Assembly (NCBI RefSeq): GCF_020745735.1
Contig: NC_083408.1
Location: 33,758,484-33,822,483, forward strand
DNA length: 64,000 nucleotides
Source of the DNA: Hemiscyllium ocellatum
Lineage: Eukaryota
Direction of reading: 5' to 3'
Both the position numbers and the translations under genes were made by a program. Below the pieces are notes generated by a model. That model searched no databases. It was not told the DNA's origin and saw only the letters and a program-made list of their open reading frames with translations. Shown piece after piece: positions 40,301 through 53,920 of the stretch (the first letter of the stretch is position 1; every line of letters starts with the position of its first letter).

Positions 40301-41047
40301 AAAGCAAAACTGCAAGTCAATGACTTTTTATCATTGAAAACAATCTATGTATCATTTAAAACTCTTGGAATTGAACATTAGTCTTGAAGCATTTCATGTT
40401 GAACAATAGTAGTGGATACAGTGACATGACCCAACGAGATTGACCAACCGGTAGCTGCAAAAGCAATGCGCTTCTAATTAACAATGATTGTTTTGGGTGT
40501 GACGGAGGCCTTGGTTCTTGGGAACAATGCTAGGTAGAATTCTAGCACAGGATACAAAGCCTTTTGTAGCTTGAAAAATGTAAATATTTAATCTGGGTGT
40601 TCTGTTTGCCTTTTTAGGCCCTGCAGCAGCAGGTCCACTTACAAAAGAAATTAATCATGGCTTGACTGTTGACTCAAACTTTTTCAGTACCCGTGTGATG
40701 GAAATTCTAACCAAGCATAAAGGTGACGCAAAGTAAGGTTCTGCAATCCTTGGCTGGGGTAGTTCCTCAAATGGAACAGAGACAAATAGAATTGATGGAA
40801 AACTAACTTGTATTTTTATATCCTCAGGATGTTTTAAGACATTAAAGGAGCTAGGTAAATGCAAGTCAATGCCAAATCATGCTCCTCACATTCACCCACG
40901 TATGTAATCATCCGAAGTGAAGTCAACAGCAACAGATTTGAGTCCGACACTGCAAAGCATGGACTTGCGTTGTGATAAACCAGGGAATTTTCTTCCAAAT
41001 GCTGATGCACTCCTGGGTATCCCCTGCCCTGACTTCTTGCGGACATT

Positions 41048-41172
41048 AGATTAGATTAGAATACCTACAGTGAGGAAACAGGCCCTGCGGCCCAACAAGT
41101 CCACACCGACCCGCCGAAGCGCAACCCACCCATACCCCTACATTACCCCTTCACCTAACACTATGGACAATT
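41048..41172 (-). mobile_element. 5'-truncated HE1-type SINE
   Basis: Near-identical to the 3' part of 39987-40300. GGACATT is duplicated on both sides. Confidence 0.85.
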
Positions 41173-41529
41173 GGACATTGTCAGCTGTCCAAATGTAAAG
41201 TAGTGTTGCACACCAACACAGACTAGAAAGGAAGCTGGGCTGAAAGGTGTATTTACATGTACTGTTATTCACTTTCAGGAATGGAAGTAACACACCAACA
41301 ATTTCCAAATCCAGTTCGCCAGAGAATAAATATATTTATTCCCTGAGGGAATTCTTGAATTTTAGGTTACTGATTTAAAGCCTAGGCCATGGATTATATT
41401 GAGGGCAATCTGGAATTTATATGGACTGCAATGTCACAGGACTTTTTTCAAATGAAGAAAACATGCATTTTGTATAGTGCCTCAGATGAACCAAGACTGT
41501 CTACAGCAAATGGAATACTTTTGAATATA

Positions 41530-42970
41530 GACATACACAAACATGCAAACTAGGAGCAGAAATAAGCCATTCTGCCCCTCAAGTCTGCTACCACACAAAT
41601 AAGATCATAATTATGTTTTGAAACCACATTCCCATTCACCACTCACAACCTTTGAATCTCATATCCAACAAGATTCTATTCCCGAAGAAGAATCACTGGA
41701 TTTGAAATATTAATTCTGCTTTCTCTCCACAAATGCTACCAGACCTGCTAGGTTTCTCCAGCAATTTCTTTTTGTTTCAAATTTCCAGCACCTGCAATTC
41801 TTTGCTTTATTTTGGATTCAATTTGCCTCTGGCTTAAAAACATTCAATGACCTGACTACCACCTCCATCTGGGAGAAAGTGAGGTCTGCAGATGCTGGAG
41901 ATCAGAGCTGAAAATGTGTTGCTGGAAAAGTGCAGCAGGTCAGGCAGCATCCAAGGAACAGGAGATTCAATGTTTCGGGCATAAGCCCTTCTCCATCTCC
42001 ATCTTCCTGATGAAGGGCTTATGCCTGGAACGTCGGTTCTCCTGCTCCTCGGATGCTGCCTGACCTGTTGCACTTTTCCAGCACCATGCTCTTGACTCCA
42101 CCACCAACTGAGGCAAACAATTCCAAAATCATACAGACCTCAGAGGAAAAATATGCTTCCCTATGTTTTAGAAGGGCAACCCCTAATTTTGAAATCATAT
42201 TTTCTAATTTAGGACTCACTCACAAGAGAAAATATCATTTCTATGTCCATCTTGTTAAGCACATTCAGGATCTTATACACTTCAATCAAGTTCTCTATCC
42301 TTCTTCTAAAGTTCAATGAAGACAAGCCCAGCTTGTACAACCTATCCTCATACAACGACCCATTCTTTCTAGGTATCAATGTAGTAAACCACTTCTGAAC
42401 CACATCCAATGCATTTACATGTTTCGTTAAATAAGGACACCTAAACTGCACATACTGTTTGACACGTAATCTCACTAGAGCCCTGTACAACAGATGAATA
42501 AAATCATACTTTTATGTTCAATTCCCCTTGTAATGAAGTACAGCAACCCATTACCATTCTTAAATACTTATTTGTACCTGTTTCCTTTGTCAGCAACTAG
42601 GAGAAAGTGAGGATTGCAGATACTGGGGAGTCAGAGTCAAAAAGTGTGGCACTGGAGAAGTACAGCAGGTCAGGCAGCATCCAGGGAGCAGGAGAGTCAA
42701 CGTTTTGGGCCATGCTGAGGGGCTTATGGCCGAAACGTCAACTCTCCTGCTCCTCGGATGCTGACTTACCTGCTGTGAGTTTTCAGCACCACACTTTTCG
42801 ACTCTGTTTCCTTTTTTCGTACATGTAGAAACTCTTGTTATTCATTTTCTGTTTCTAACTAACTTCCTCTCATACTCTGACTCTTTTCTCCTGATTAATC
42901 TTTGTCATTCTCTGCTATTCTTCATAGCCTGCCCAAATATCTGATCTGCCACTCACCTTTGTACAATTAT
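41530..42970 (-). mobile_element. Decayed CR1 fragments hosting fold-back insertions
   Basis: YRALVRLRVKQYVQFRCPYLTKHVNALDVVQKWFT (CR1 ORF2 C-terminus). Confidence 0.65.
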
Positions 42971-43291
42971 ATGTATCATCCTCAGGCTTGATGTTTTTGA
43001 TTCGATGGGTTGAATGGCCTGCTTCCACACTGTAGGGATTCTATGATTCTTTCCTTCAGCGTAGTCATTGTTGTTAAATGGGAAACGTGACAGCCAATTA
43101 ATACAGCAGATCTCCACAAAAGAGCAATGATTTATAACAATGGTCCAATATGGGTTTGTACTGATATTGGTCAAAGGATAAATCTTGGGCAGGAGGGCAG
43201 AGGCAAATCTCCTGCTTTCATTCAGATTAGCTCCAGGACTCTTTTATGCCCAAATCAAAGTGCAGACAGGGTCAAAGTAAGCTGTGAGTGC

Positions 43292-43493
43292 TGGAAAAAC
43301 ACAGGTCAGGCAGCATCCAAGGAGCAGGAGAATCGATGTTTCGGGCATGAGCCCTTCTTCAGCCCTTCCTGAAAAAGGGCTCATGCCTGAAACGTCAATT
43401 CTCCTGCTCCTTGGATACTGCCTGACCGGCTGCGTTTTTCCAGCAACACATTTTCAGCTCTGATCTCCAGCATCTGCGGTCCTCACTTTCTCC
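43292..43493. mobile_element. Penelope-like fold-back insertion with TSD
   Basis: Inverted arms; 14-bp TSD TAAGCTGTGAGTGC at 43278-43291 and 43494-43507. Confidence 0.85.
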
Positions 43494-46094
43494 TAAGCTG
43501 TGAGTGCATTCATTGGAGTAAAGTGAACAGCAAATACAACTCCTCAACAAATAGGATTATGGTCAAATCCAGTTTTTTTTAAAGCATATTGTACCAAGCT
43601 ATAGAAATATTCAAATAGGCTTTCACTAAATTTACTACATTGTCACTGAATAGGATCTACCCAGTGCCCCACAAAGGAACTGCATAGATCCTATTCAACA
43701 CAAGAGGAAATTGATGTATAACAATTTTGGATCAGTGTGCTGACGGGTTCCACTGTCTGGGCAATTGTCCCAGAGACAGATTATAATGAGCAGAATATAT
43801 TCATCTAACTGTCAGAAGGGTAGCCAATCTGAATAATTCCCTGCCCAATGACTTGAGTTGATTGGCCAATGAATGGAGTCTTCTGGTGCCTGATGAGCCT
43901 CTGACTGAGGACCAAGCCTGACAGATACCGAGAGATGGGTTACTGTGGCTGGTCAGGGGTAGGTGGGGAATGTCTCATTAGGCCTTACGTTCCTCTCCAC
44001 CCCTCACACTGAAGGAGCTTTGACCGATGGGAGCGCAGTTTGATGGTGGGGAGTGGTGGTGGGGAGAAGGAAGTTAATTGTGGAGCCAGCTTTTTTATAT
44101 AAGGTTCAAAGCATTTCTGAAGGTGCCTTAAGATGGCGGCAGCTTCTCAGTGTCCTTTCTTGCAGCAGCAGTCTCTACTTTTTGAAATGGGGCAGCCAAA
44201 ATTCCAAGGGTACAAGCCCTCAAAATTGGACTCGTGTGCTGCACTGATAGGGTCCCTATTTCTGGGCCAAAAGGTCCTGGTTCAATTCCACCTTTCCCCA
44301 GATGTATGTACTGGTTGGTTTGAATCACTACAGGCCCTCCAGTTGAACTTGCAGCCTCAGGAATCTATCTACCATCCTGGCCTACATCGTAAATCCAGAA
44401 GCAGGCTCTTAATTGGCCCTCTCCAGGAAGATCTCCCAGGTCAGCATCATGACAAGCACTGAGGGAATCAGATCCCAGTCATGATCTTGATCCATAATTA
44501 TATTTAAAGAGAGGTAATACATCACACAGTGCATGCTAAAGAATGTATCAGTTTCTCAAAAATATTATGCAAGATATTAAAAATAAAAAATCCATAGTAT
44601 AATAGCATTCCTGTACAGAAAGAGGCCATTCTGCCTATAAAGACTGCACCAACCCTTTGAACCTACATACAGCATCCCACCTACAAACAGCCCCTCACCC
44701 TATCCCCATAACCCAGCATTTACCATGACTAACCCAAATAGGCTGCACATCCTTGGACACTACTGACAATTTAGCATGGACAGTCCACCTAACCTGTGGG
44801 AGGAAACCAGACCATCGGGCGGAAACCTATGTAGGCATAGGGAACAAGTGCAAACTCCACACAGACACCCAAAGCTGGAATCAAACCTGGGTTCCTGGCA
44901 CTGTGAGGAAGCAGTGCTAACCACAGAGCCCCATGCCCCCTACAAATTGATAATTTGATCAGCTTGCAAGAAATTGCTACAAGGACCAGCAAACATATTT
45001 TGCCTTCCCAAAGTTTTATTCACCTAAAAGCCTGCGGCCTACTGCTAACTCACTGCAATTCCCATTCACCCGTCAATCCACACTGGCTCCCAGTCTAATC
45101 TATGGCTCAATGTTAATACTCTCCACCTTGTTTTCAAATTCTTCCATGACCTCACCCTTCTATATATCTGGTAATCTAATCCAGCCCCATAACCCTCAGA
45201 TATCTGCACTCCTATAATTCTGGCCTCTTTAGCTCTCTTCTCCTATGCCTTCAGGTGCTATCCCTGTCAGCTCTAAACCTCTCTGTCTCTGTCTCTCTCT
45301 CTCTCCTTTTAAGACTCCTTAAATCTATCCCAACTCAGTTTTGCTGACTTTTACTCATACACTTGCTGAACAATTTCTACAAATATCTCATTGACTTGAT
45401 GTCAAATCATGTTTGGGAGTGCTTTGGAACTTTTTACGATATTAAAGATGCTTAATAAAATCTAGGTTGTACAAAGCTTTGTGAGACATTAAGTATTTCA
45501 ATTCTTTCTGAACCAGGTTAACAGATTCATAAGAAGAATAAGGATGGCCTTTAGAGTCATCAGCACTGTCACCATTTTGATTAGAATGGAATGCTCCCCT
45601 TTTGCACCCAAGCGTACTTGTTGACAACAGCTATATCAACATGATTTGAGAATACGTCAAAAAAACACTCAAACTGAAACGTGACACATTCATATTCTTA
45701 ACAAGTAACTTTCTGACCAGCTGTTAATCTCATATCATGACCAATGCTAAAGGGTTCTCCCTCTCCTCCCAATAATGGAAGAGAAAGAGAAACCCATATC
45801 CCCAAGGTGAGGGAATGCTATGTTGCCCAACAGGGTGGAATAGCCAGGTACACTCAGAAGGACTGCTGGGAAAAGATAGGACTGCTGTGTGTGGAGCTGC
45901 AGTGCAGCATTAACCACTGCCTTCAATGAGGAAGAGAATAAAATCAAACAGTGAGATTTTCCCCAGGTGCTTAATCCAGGTGTCTTCCAAAGAGTTAGTC
46001 AGCTATAACATTTCATAATAGAATAAAGCATCGCTGCCAGCTCATTGTGTCTCATTTTAAAGTATCGATTCTCATTATTTTGTACATCTTCCTA

Positions 46095-46465
46095 CAGTCT
46101 GTGCTTGAATGACTGTGAGTGCATGTCTGTTTGTATGTGCATGTATTTGTGTGTGGAGCTAAATGTGAGGTTGTGTATTTGTTTATGTGTGCTCATGTAT
46201 GCCTGTACAGCTCTGTTTATTTGCATATGTCTTTGTATCCATGTGTGGGTATTTGAGAGTATGCATGTTTCTGTGTTTATCTGGACATGTAACTTCTCAA
46301 GTAGGTCTATGTGTTGTTTATATTTGTGTTGTCTTTGTGTATGCAGATGTAAGTGTGTGCGTCAATGCGGATGGTTGTCTGCATGAATCCTTACATCTTT
46401 ATGTGTGTCTGTTGGCCTGTGTGCGCATTGGCCTGTATGCCTGTGCTTGTGAGCTTATGTGTGCC
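46095..46465. repeat. TG-rich low-complexity tract
   Basis: Imperfect (TG)n/(TGTA)n, which explains the Cys/Val-rich ORFs there. Confidence 0.8.
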
Positions 46466-47316
46466 TCCAGTTGCAGTAATCAGAAATGTTATCTGTCTCT
46501 AAAACCACATTACAGAAGTTACTCACACCTACTCCTCCAGGCTTTGGGAACAAATCCCCTTAATTCAGTTCACTCTGCACCTGACAAGGCAAAAGTGCTT
46601 CTCACAGTATGTGTGTGTATAATAAACTCAAGGTTACTGATTGCTGTAACAAAATCTGAAATGTCTGAAAATATTCAGCAAGTCAGACAGCATCTGTGGT
46701 GGAACATGAATGGGCTAAACCTTCAGCTCCCAATTGCCTGATGCCGCGATATTTTATTTTGTTTTCAAATCTCTAAAATCAAACTATAGAGTATAGGAAG
46801 AACCAAGCTGTGCAGACGTCCATTCTACCAAATATTCCCACAGTTCAGCTCCTTTCCAAAGCCCAGCTAATGTATGCATCCTTTGCAAATATTTATCCAA
46901 GCCCTTTTTGAAAGTTATGATTGCACCTGTATTCTTTCAGGCGCTACATCCCTGACTGTGACAACTCCTTCCATTTAAACAAAAGACACCCTGGAGTTTG
47001 TTTTTGAAAATATTTGTCAAACCCCAATCTTCTGGTTCAACCAAAGGAAGCAGTTTCTCCCCAGACTGCTGTTCCAAATCCTGAATGATTTTGAAATCTC
47101 TCCCACTAGCTCGATGATGCTCTATTCTCTGGGACAACAAATCCAGCCTTTCCACTTGCCATCACTCCCCTGGTCTTCAACACCTTCCCAAGTACTTGTT
47201 TGATTTTACTGGAGGTCCTGTTGCTTCAAGTGAGCAGGTGCCAGCCAATTGGAGGGAGAGCTGGACAGGAAGTGGAAGGGTCTTTTGCCTAGACTTCCCC
47301 GGGAGCCAGCACTTAC

Positions 47317-47910
47317 CTGACTGGCGTCCTCTTGCTCCTCAGCTCCTCTGATGTGCTGGTGGTCGTTGTCGGCGAGGAGGTCATCTTCGGATTCCTCGAA
47401 GAGAGAGGAACCCGTGGACGAGAGGGACGAGCTGGAGAGTTTGCGGCACACTTTGACGTTCAGGTCCGGCTCCAGGCTGTCCTGGGTGGTGCCCTCCTCC
47501 GAGGTGACGGTGAGCTGCGGGACATTCGGGAGCAGGTGAAGCTGGGGCTGGAACGGCAGGCTGTCCACCAGCTGCAGCGAGGACGCCGTCAGTCTGCAGA
47601 GCGGACTCTCCTCCTGCTGGCCTGCAGCGGTGCCGCTGGCGGAGCTCAGCTCCAACACGCTGAAACCGTCTGCAGGCTGCACCGGGGAGCTCCTCTTGAT
47701 CCGGGACGGCTCGCTCACCGAGCACGACTGGCGGTGAAGCATGGTGCGATCCTTCGCATCGGGTGACCTGCAGTACTTCCACAGACCCAGGCAACTCTGC
47801 ATGGAGCTCCTGATTTGCAGCCCCCCCTCTCTCTCTCTCTCTGTCTGCTGCAAGATCCCAGGACTGCAACTGCTGACAGATGCGGAAGTTCCGATGTCAG
47901 CATCTAGCAT
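47317..47910 (-). CDS. ITPKA: Inositol-trisphosphate 3-kinase A-like, first (large) coding exon
   Basis: The ORF contains VPQLTVTSEE and RKLSSSSLSSTGSSLFEESEDDLL, matching the ITPKA N-terminal region (PQLTVTAEE...RRLSTSSVSSTGSSSLLEDSEDDLL). It is CpG-rich and ends at a perfect donor CAG|GTAAGT (47317/47316), phase 0. The start is uncertain: in-frame ATGs at 47910, 47802 and 47742. Paralogue assignment (A vs B/C) is from remembered motifs. Confidence 0.85.
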
Positions 47911-47969
47911 CTTGTACTGAGAACAGGGTAGGGAAGCCAGCTGCTGACTCAGGCACTGACTCTCCTACT

Positions 47970-48170
47970 CGCACACTCACTCACTCACATTCAATCACAC
48001 GCACACACATTTTCACTCGGTCACTTGCTCACATGCAATCACACTTGCAGTCACATTCAGTTACACACACATTCACACTCCCAGACACACACACGCACTC
48101 TCAGCTACTCGCTCTTACAGTCTCTCTCTCTCACACACACACATTCAGTTTCTCACACACTGTCACTCAC
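47970..48170. repeat. CA/CT-rich low-complexity tract upstream of ITPKA exon 1
   Basis: Imperfect (CA)n/(CACT)n. Confidence 0.8.
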
Positions 48171-48719
48171 TACCCTTTCAAAAGAAGTATGTTAGTTTTG
48201 AAGAAGGTCAATTTGTTGAAATGTTTTTGTGCATATACATACATATTATTATGTATACATATACATTTATATGCATATTTACATCCAGTCCAAAAGAAGT
48301 ACAATAATTGGTATATTCTCATTGATTTTCAGAACACAGCTCAGATTGTAGGCATTGCTATTTAATTTAATGCCCAGTCTTTATAATATTTGAGAAGGTG
48401 GTGATGAGCTACTTTGCAGAACTATTGCAGTCCTTGTGGACACAATGCATAATTGCTTGACTTCAGCTTCCTTATGCACAGTAACATCACAACAGCAGTG
48501 TTAGGAAGGGAGCTTCAGGATTTTCACTCAGTGCTGATGAAGGAACATCACCCAGAGCAGGATGTTATTTGGCTTAGAAAGGAACTTGGCTATGTTCTGC
48601 TGCTTTTGATTTTCGTCTCCTTCTGGATCTGTGGTTTCCAACATTTTTGAGTGCGATCAACTGGTTGGTCAGAATCTCTGACAGTTGATCTCAGCCCCCT
48701 GTGTACATTCCCTCATGGA

Positions 48720-49655
48720 CAGGAATGGCTATTTTTCTTGGAGCGTTGGAGGCTGAGAGGTGACGACAGAGGTTTATAAAATCATGAGGGGCATGGATAA
48801 GGGCATCCCTATCTAGAGGGACTAAAACTGGAAGCATTAGGTTTAGGTTGAGAGGGGAAATAATTAACAGGGACCTAAAGCGGCAACATTTTCATGCATA
48901 GGGTGGTGTGTTTATGGAATGAACTGTCAGAGGAGGTGGTGGAAGCTGGTACAATGACAGCATGGAAAAGATATTATGAATAGGAAAGTTTAGGGGGACA
49001 TGGGTCAAATGCTAGAAAATGGGACTCAATTAATGTAGAATATCGGGTCGGCACAGATGAATTGGACCAAAAGATCTGTTTCCGTGCTGTACGTCCCTAT
49101 GACTTTGTGACCTGATTGTTGATAATCATAGGATTGCAGGAGTCCCACTTCCAGAAACCGCATGGCTAGAGAAAAGTGATTGCTTTTGATAGGCTTTGCC
49201 AGCTTGTTGCATTGTGTTTGAGTTTGATACAGATGGACTATCATTGCAGACTGAAGTAACTTTTATGGTCAGAACAAATCAAAAGGAGTGTACTTGAGAA
49301 AACAATTCTGACTAAGAAGGGCGGACACTGGGAAGTTGTTTCCGTTAAGCAGGGAGACTAGGACTTATGGACACAGCCTTAGAATTAGAGGGGATCAGTT
49401 TAGAATGAAAATGCCGAGACATTTCTTCAGTCAGAAAGTGGTGGGACTGTGGAATTCATTGCCACGGAGTGCAGTGGAGGCCAGGATGTTGGGTGTCTTC
49501 AAGGCAGAGATTGATAAATTCTTGATATCGTAAGGAATTAAGGGCTCTGGGGAGAGTGCGGGCAAGTGGAATTGAAATGCCATCAGCCATGATTAAATGG
49601 CGGAGTGGACTCGATGGGCCGAGTGGCCTTACTTCCAGTCCTATGTCTTATGATC
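48720..49655 (+). mobile_element. Two CR1 3'-end fragments (48720-49105, 49320-49655)
   Basis: FPLSRETRTYGHSLRIRG..HFFSQKVVGLWNSLP and CR1-type tails. Another fragment at ~50710-51200. Confidence 0.75.
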
Positions 49656-52600
49656 TTGATTTCCCCTCTCTTATCAATTATCACAGTATAATCCACCAAC
49701 AAGCATTCGTGAGCAAAGTTATGCACTTTTCCCTTGTGATGCAAGTTGTTGTCATGATTGTAAACCCGATTCGAACAAGAACCCCTCAGTACCACTTACT
49801 TGAAAAACTCAGTGTTGTCTATGTAAACTCATATTCCACAATGATGCGAGGTGGTTATGCTGAGAGAAGGTCCTACAAAGATATTTGGATCTGATGCCAG
49901 AAATTGTCACTTTTCTAAAGTCAGGAATGAAGTGTGCAGTGAGCTGTCATGCGGTCACTGGTTTTTAGGTTTGTTACAGACATAACTTCAAAACTGAACA
50001 AGCTGAACTGAGAACTATAGAGAAAGGACAGAGACTCAGCACATATGATCAGTGCTGTGAATGCATTAAAGTTGAAACTGGACTGTGGTCTACCCAATTT
50101 TTTAAAAAAAATGCTCTAATACTTCCTGTATTCAGCGTAAACACTAGAAAAAAAAATCAAAGACCAAGTAAATTGGTTCTACCTATACCTGAGGAGAAAG
50201 TTAGCAGAGGAATTCAAGAGGCCATTTCAAGAATTTGATGTGATGGAATAAGTCATTACCTTTGTCTCAAGTCCATTCCTTCAAGTGAACATTGATGAGT
50301 TTGCTACCTAATGCCATCAGCTTTTTGATTTAGAAAACAGTGGAGCTTATATGCAGATAATTATTATACAAAATTACATTGAGCTGAAAGTCAAATCAAA
50401 GAACAGTGATTTGAGGGACCTTGTAAACAGAAAATCACACACGTCTGTGAAACAGCAATCATCCAAATGAAGATAATCAAATCCAATTATCACGTTCGGG
50501 TCACAGACCACCATTTATAAGACTGCTTATTCTCTATTTTCTTAGGGGCAGATCCTGGGTACTGGAAGCTGTCCCTTTGGCAGCAATAAATTAACAGCCT
50601 GATAAGCTGTTTTAGTGGTGTTGGCTGTGGGATAAATATTGGTTGGAATAACATTGATATTTTACATCCACCTGACAGGACAGACAATACCTTGGTTTAC
50701 CATATCCTGTTTACAGTTTTGTCGACCTTATTGAAGAAAGGACATAATTGCATTAGACACAGTTCAGAGAAGGCAGACATGACTAATTCCTGGGATAAAG
50801 GGCTTGCCTTTTGAGAAAAGGTAGGACAGGTTGTCTCTGTATCCGTTGGAGAATGAGAATCTTATTGAAACAGATGAGATTCTTAAGGCACTGGACAGGA
50901 TGGATATTTCCCCTTGTGGGAGAGATTGGAACTAAGGGACACAGTTTAAAAAAAATAAGGAGACTCCATTTAAATTGTAAACAAGCATTTTTTCCCCCCT
51001 TCATGGGTTGTGAATCTGTGGATTTATCTCCTCCAGACAGTGGTGAAGGCAGGGTAATTGAATATGTTTAAGACAGAGGTGGATAATTCTTGATTGACAA
51101 GGCAGTCAAAAGGACATCAGGGCAAGCTAGAAAGTGGAGTTGAAGCTATGCTTGCATTGAATAGTGGAGCAGATTTGAAGGCCAAAAGGCCTACCCCCTT
51201 TCAATCCAGTATTCAAACTGGTGCTCCAGGCTTCCCCACAGCACAGCCCAAACTGAACCCATCTGACTCAGATGGGGAATCCCACTGCCGAACTGGTGGT
51301 CACTCTATTTGGTTGTGTTCATTCTGCTGGATTTCTGCCCAGTACTCAGAGTCTATTCTCTGGCCGCTATTTTTGACAATAGAACAGTTATTTTTGCTAC
51401 GGTACAGGTTAAAACCCAATCTTGGCAATTGAGGATGTGTTTCTAAGTCAATATATCAGTGCAATGTTGGAGGACTGCTGCAAGGTTGAAGATGCTGTCA
51501 TTTGGAAGGGATGTTAAACTGAGCCTTCTGTAATAGTTGCTGTCATCAGGGGTAGCATCTTTCAACCTATGTGACATGCAGCATCTCTCATTGACAATAA
51601 GGTATATCTTTGCTGATGGTTGAAGGGCCAACCAGTGAGACACAAGTTCTGACACAAATGTTGCCTTTAGGATGGTTATCAAATATCAATGGGAATTGCT
51701 GTTTATGGTTCTGGTGCCTGTAACCACTCATTATCATGGTAGCACACACTAATGTCATTTTCTTCTGTGGTGCCTAGTATTTTCCAATTGTGAAAACAGT
51801 TATTCATGGCATGAAGAGCCTTCATGTCACTCATGTAAACATCCTGGTCTCTGTCTCTGGCCACTCCCACCATACTGAATAGGAATGCATCTGTCTTCTA
51901 TTCTGCAAATGAACCTGAGCCAGCAAAGTGGCCTCTGTTTATTGAGTGCAATAGACTTGATCGATTTGCCCTTGAGAGGTCTGACACATTCATGCTTTTG
52001 ACCTTCCATGAGATGCTATTTGCATGGAATGCTCTCAGTTTGATATGAAAGGTCTCAATCTCTAACAAAGTCGAGTCATAGAGAATTCCTGATGCCCTGA
52101 AATATTTATCCCTCAAACTGACTTCATCAAATCTGATTCTTTCCTGTTTGAGCAACCTTGCTGTGTGTAAATTGGTTGCCATGTTTAACAAATGCGGGGG
52201 AGGTGTGTGAATGACACAAATTTACAAATTATGGATGGATATTGACTACATGTCTTCCCACAGGAGGAAGAATTCCTTGACACATTTGGTAGTAAAGCCA
52301 TATTGACTGTAATGCAATTAGCCCTGTGGGAAGATCAAAATTGTGATCTTTCTCAGGTTATAGAACAAACACTCCATTCAACTGGAAGCTGAAAACTTGC
52401 AAAGAGATTTCTTTAAACAGTAGAGTGAACTGAGCAATGAATTAATCCAGGCTCGGAATAGTTACATAATTAGCAATCTTTCTTTGAAAGATGGGAAATA
52501 TTAGTCGTGATAGATTGCCAAGTAAACTGGTGTAGACACAAGCTCCTGTTATCTGGTTGTTTGCTGATCACTGTCTGTGGATTGTCTGACTAAATTATCT

Positions 52601-53920
52601 ATCTCATTTTGAGCAATAACTTGAGAAATGTTTTTCAAAATTTGACAAGGACAAAGAACTTTAGATTACAATCTCTTAAACTTGAATGAGTCACAAAGAC
52701 GATAAAAACTGCATTATATGCATTACATTTGGTAGGAGTGCTTAAAAAAAATTCATTCTTTGGAAATGCAGTCAATGGTGAATCACTCACTGCAGCATAC
52801 TCAGTCCATGAATTTTCCTTGTAGCTTAGTCCTCCAGAGATCTAAACTGGAACCTCAGCAGTGGAAAAAAAACACGATATGTATTAATAACTTAGATGAT
52901 GGAAGAGACAGGTGTCTATCCAGGTTTACTGATGACACTGTCAGAGGTGGCCCAACCAGCTAGGTAAATGAGAAGAGACAATTGACAGGTGAAATGAGTT
53001 GGCAAAATGAAAAGGAGACTTTCTAAATGATACGAACAGTGTAAGGATGCAAACATTTAGACGAGAAAAATAGTAAAGAGATCCTGCCAGTTGATGTGAC
53101 TATAACGCCGATCAGATACTCACCCTGCATGTACCTTGGAGTTAAGATCAACATGTGTTGAGTCAATGGGCATGAGTGAGATGTAGCCAAACCAGGTGTA
53201 AATAACAGAGCACAAAATCCAGGTCAGCTACAGGAGACTCCGATGAGCACTGCAGTCATATGTTGGATAATGCTAATGGTGATGGAAGGCAAGATTCTGG
53301 GTGTGTTAGCTGGCCTATCAGACAGCCTCCAGTCTTTGTCAAAGACCCTGGAGGAGCCCTGCTCCAATTTAACAAGGGCATTGCACAGAGCTTATCTTCT
53401 TTTGCTCCATCAGTCAGTCATGTGGCAAAGCTAGAGGTGCAGTTCGTGTAATCAGGGCCAAGAAAAGAATTGATGGATCCCCATACTCCTCCTGGCCTAG
53501 CCGTCCAACCAGAGCAGAGCAGACCCTTTGAGCCTTGGACTTTGGCTACTGTACACCCTTCCCCACTGTACACCTGGTTCTGCCTGCAACTGCAGAAACA
53601 AATTGCTGGAATGGTGAGATTGTCTGTCTGAAAGGAGGTATTGAAGAAACCCAGTCAGTGTTCTCTGGGGTTTAGAAGAAAGGGAAGCAACCTCATTGAA
53701 ACTTAGCAAATTTTTAAAAGGATGGATGTAAAATGGGTACATATGAAAAGCATAATTGTCTTGGCAGTGGGGATCTGTAAACAGGGACATTGTCGGAATA
53801 AATGGCAAGCCCTCTAAGACTAAGCTGAGGAGGAACCTCTAGACACAGAGTGATAAATCTTTAGAATTCTCTACTTCAGAGAATCAAGGAGGCTTAGCTA
53901 TAGGGTTTGTTCAAGACAAA

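Larger units (their letters stand above)
3083..47316 (-). other. ~44-kb GT-AG intron of the ITPKA-like gene
   Basis: Lies between phase-compatible canonical splice sites. The protein is continuous across the junction (EDASQ|NKSWKK). Confidence 0.8.

Noticed and set aside
46045-46741. Cys/Val-rich ORFs, and the His/Thr-rich ORF at 47880-48365
   Set aside because: Products of TG and CA low-complexity tracts.
47206-47316. C-terminal 36 aa of the 234-aa ORF (VSAGSRG...)
   Set aside because: Read-through beyond the GTAAGT donor. ITPK homology continues in the exon at 2989-3082.
47332-47869. Overlapping 144-aa (+) and 162-aa (-) ORFs
   Set aside because: Shadow frames of a GC-rich exon, with no recognisable motifs.
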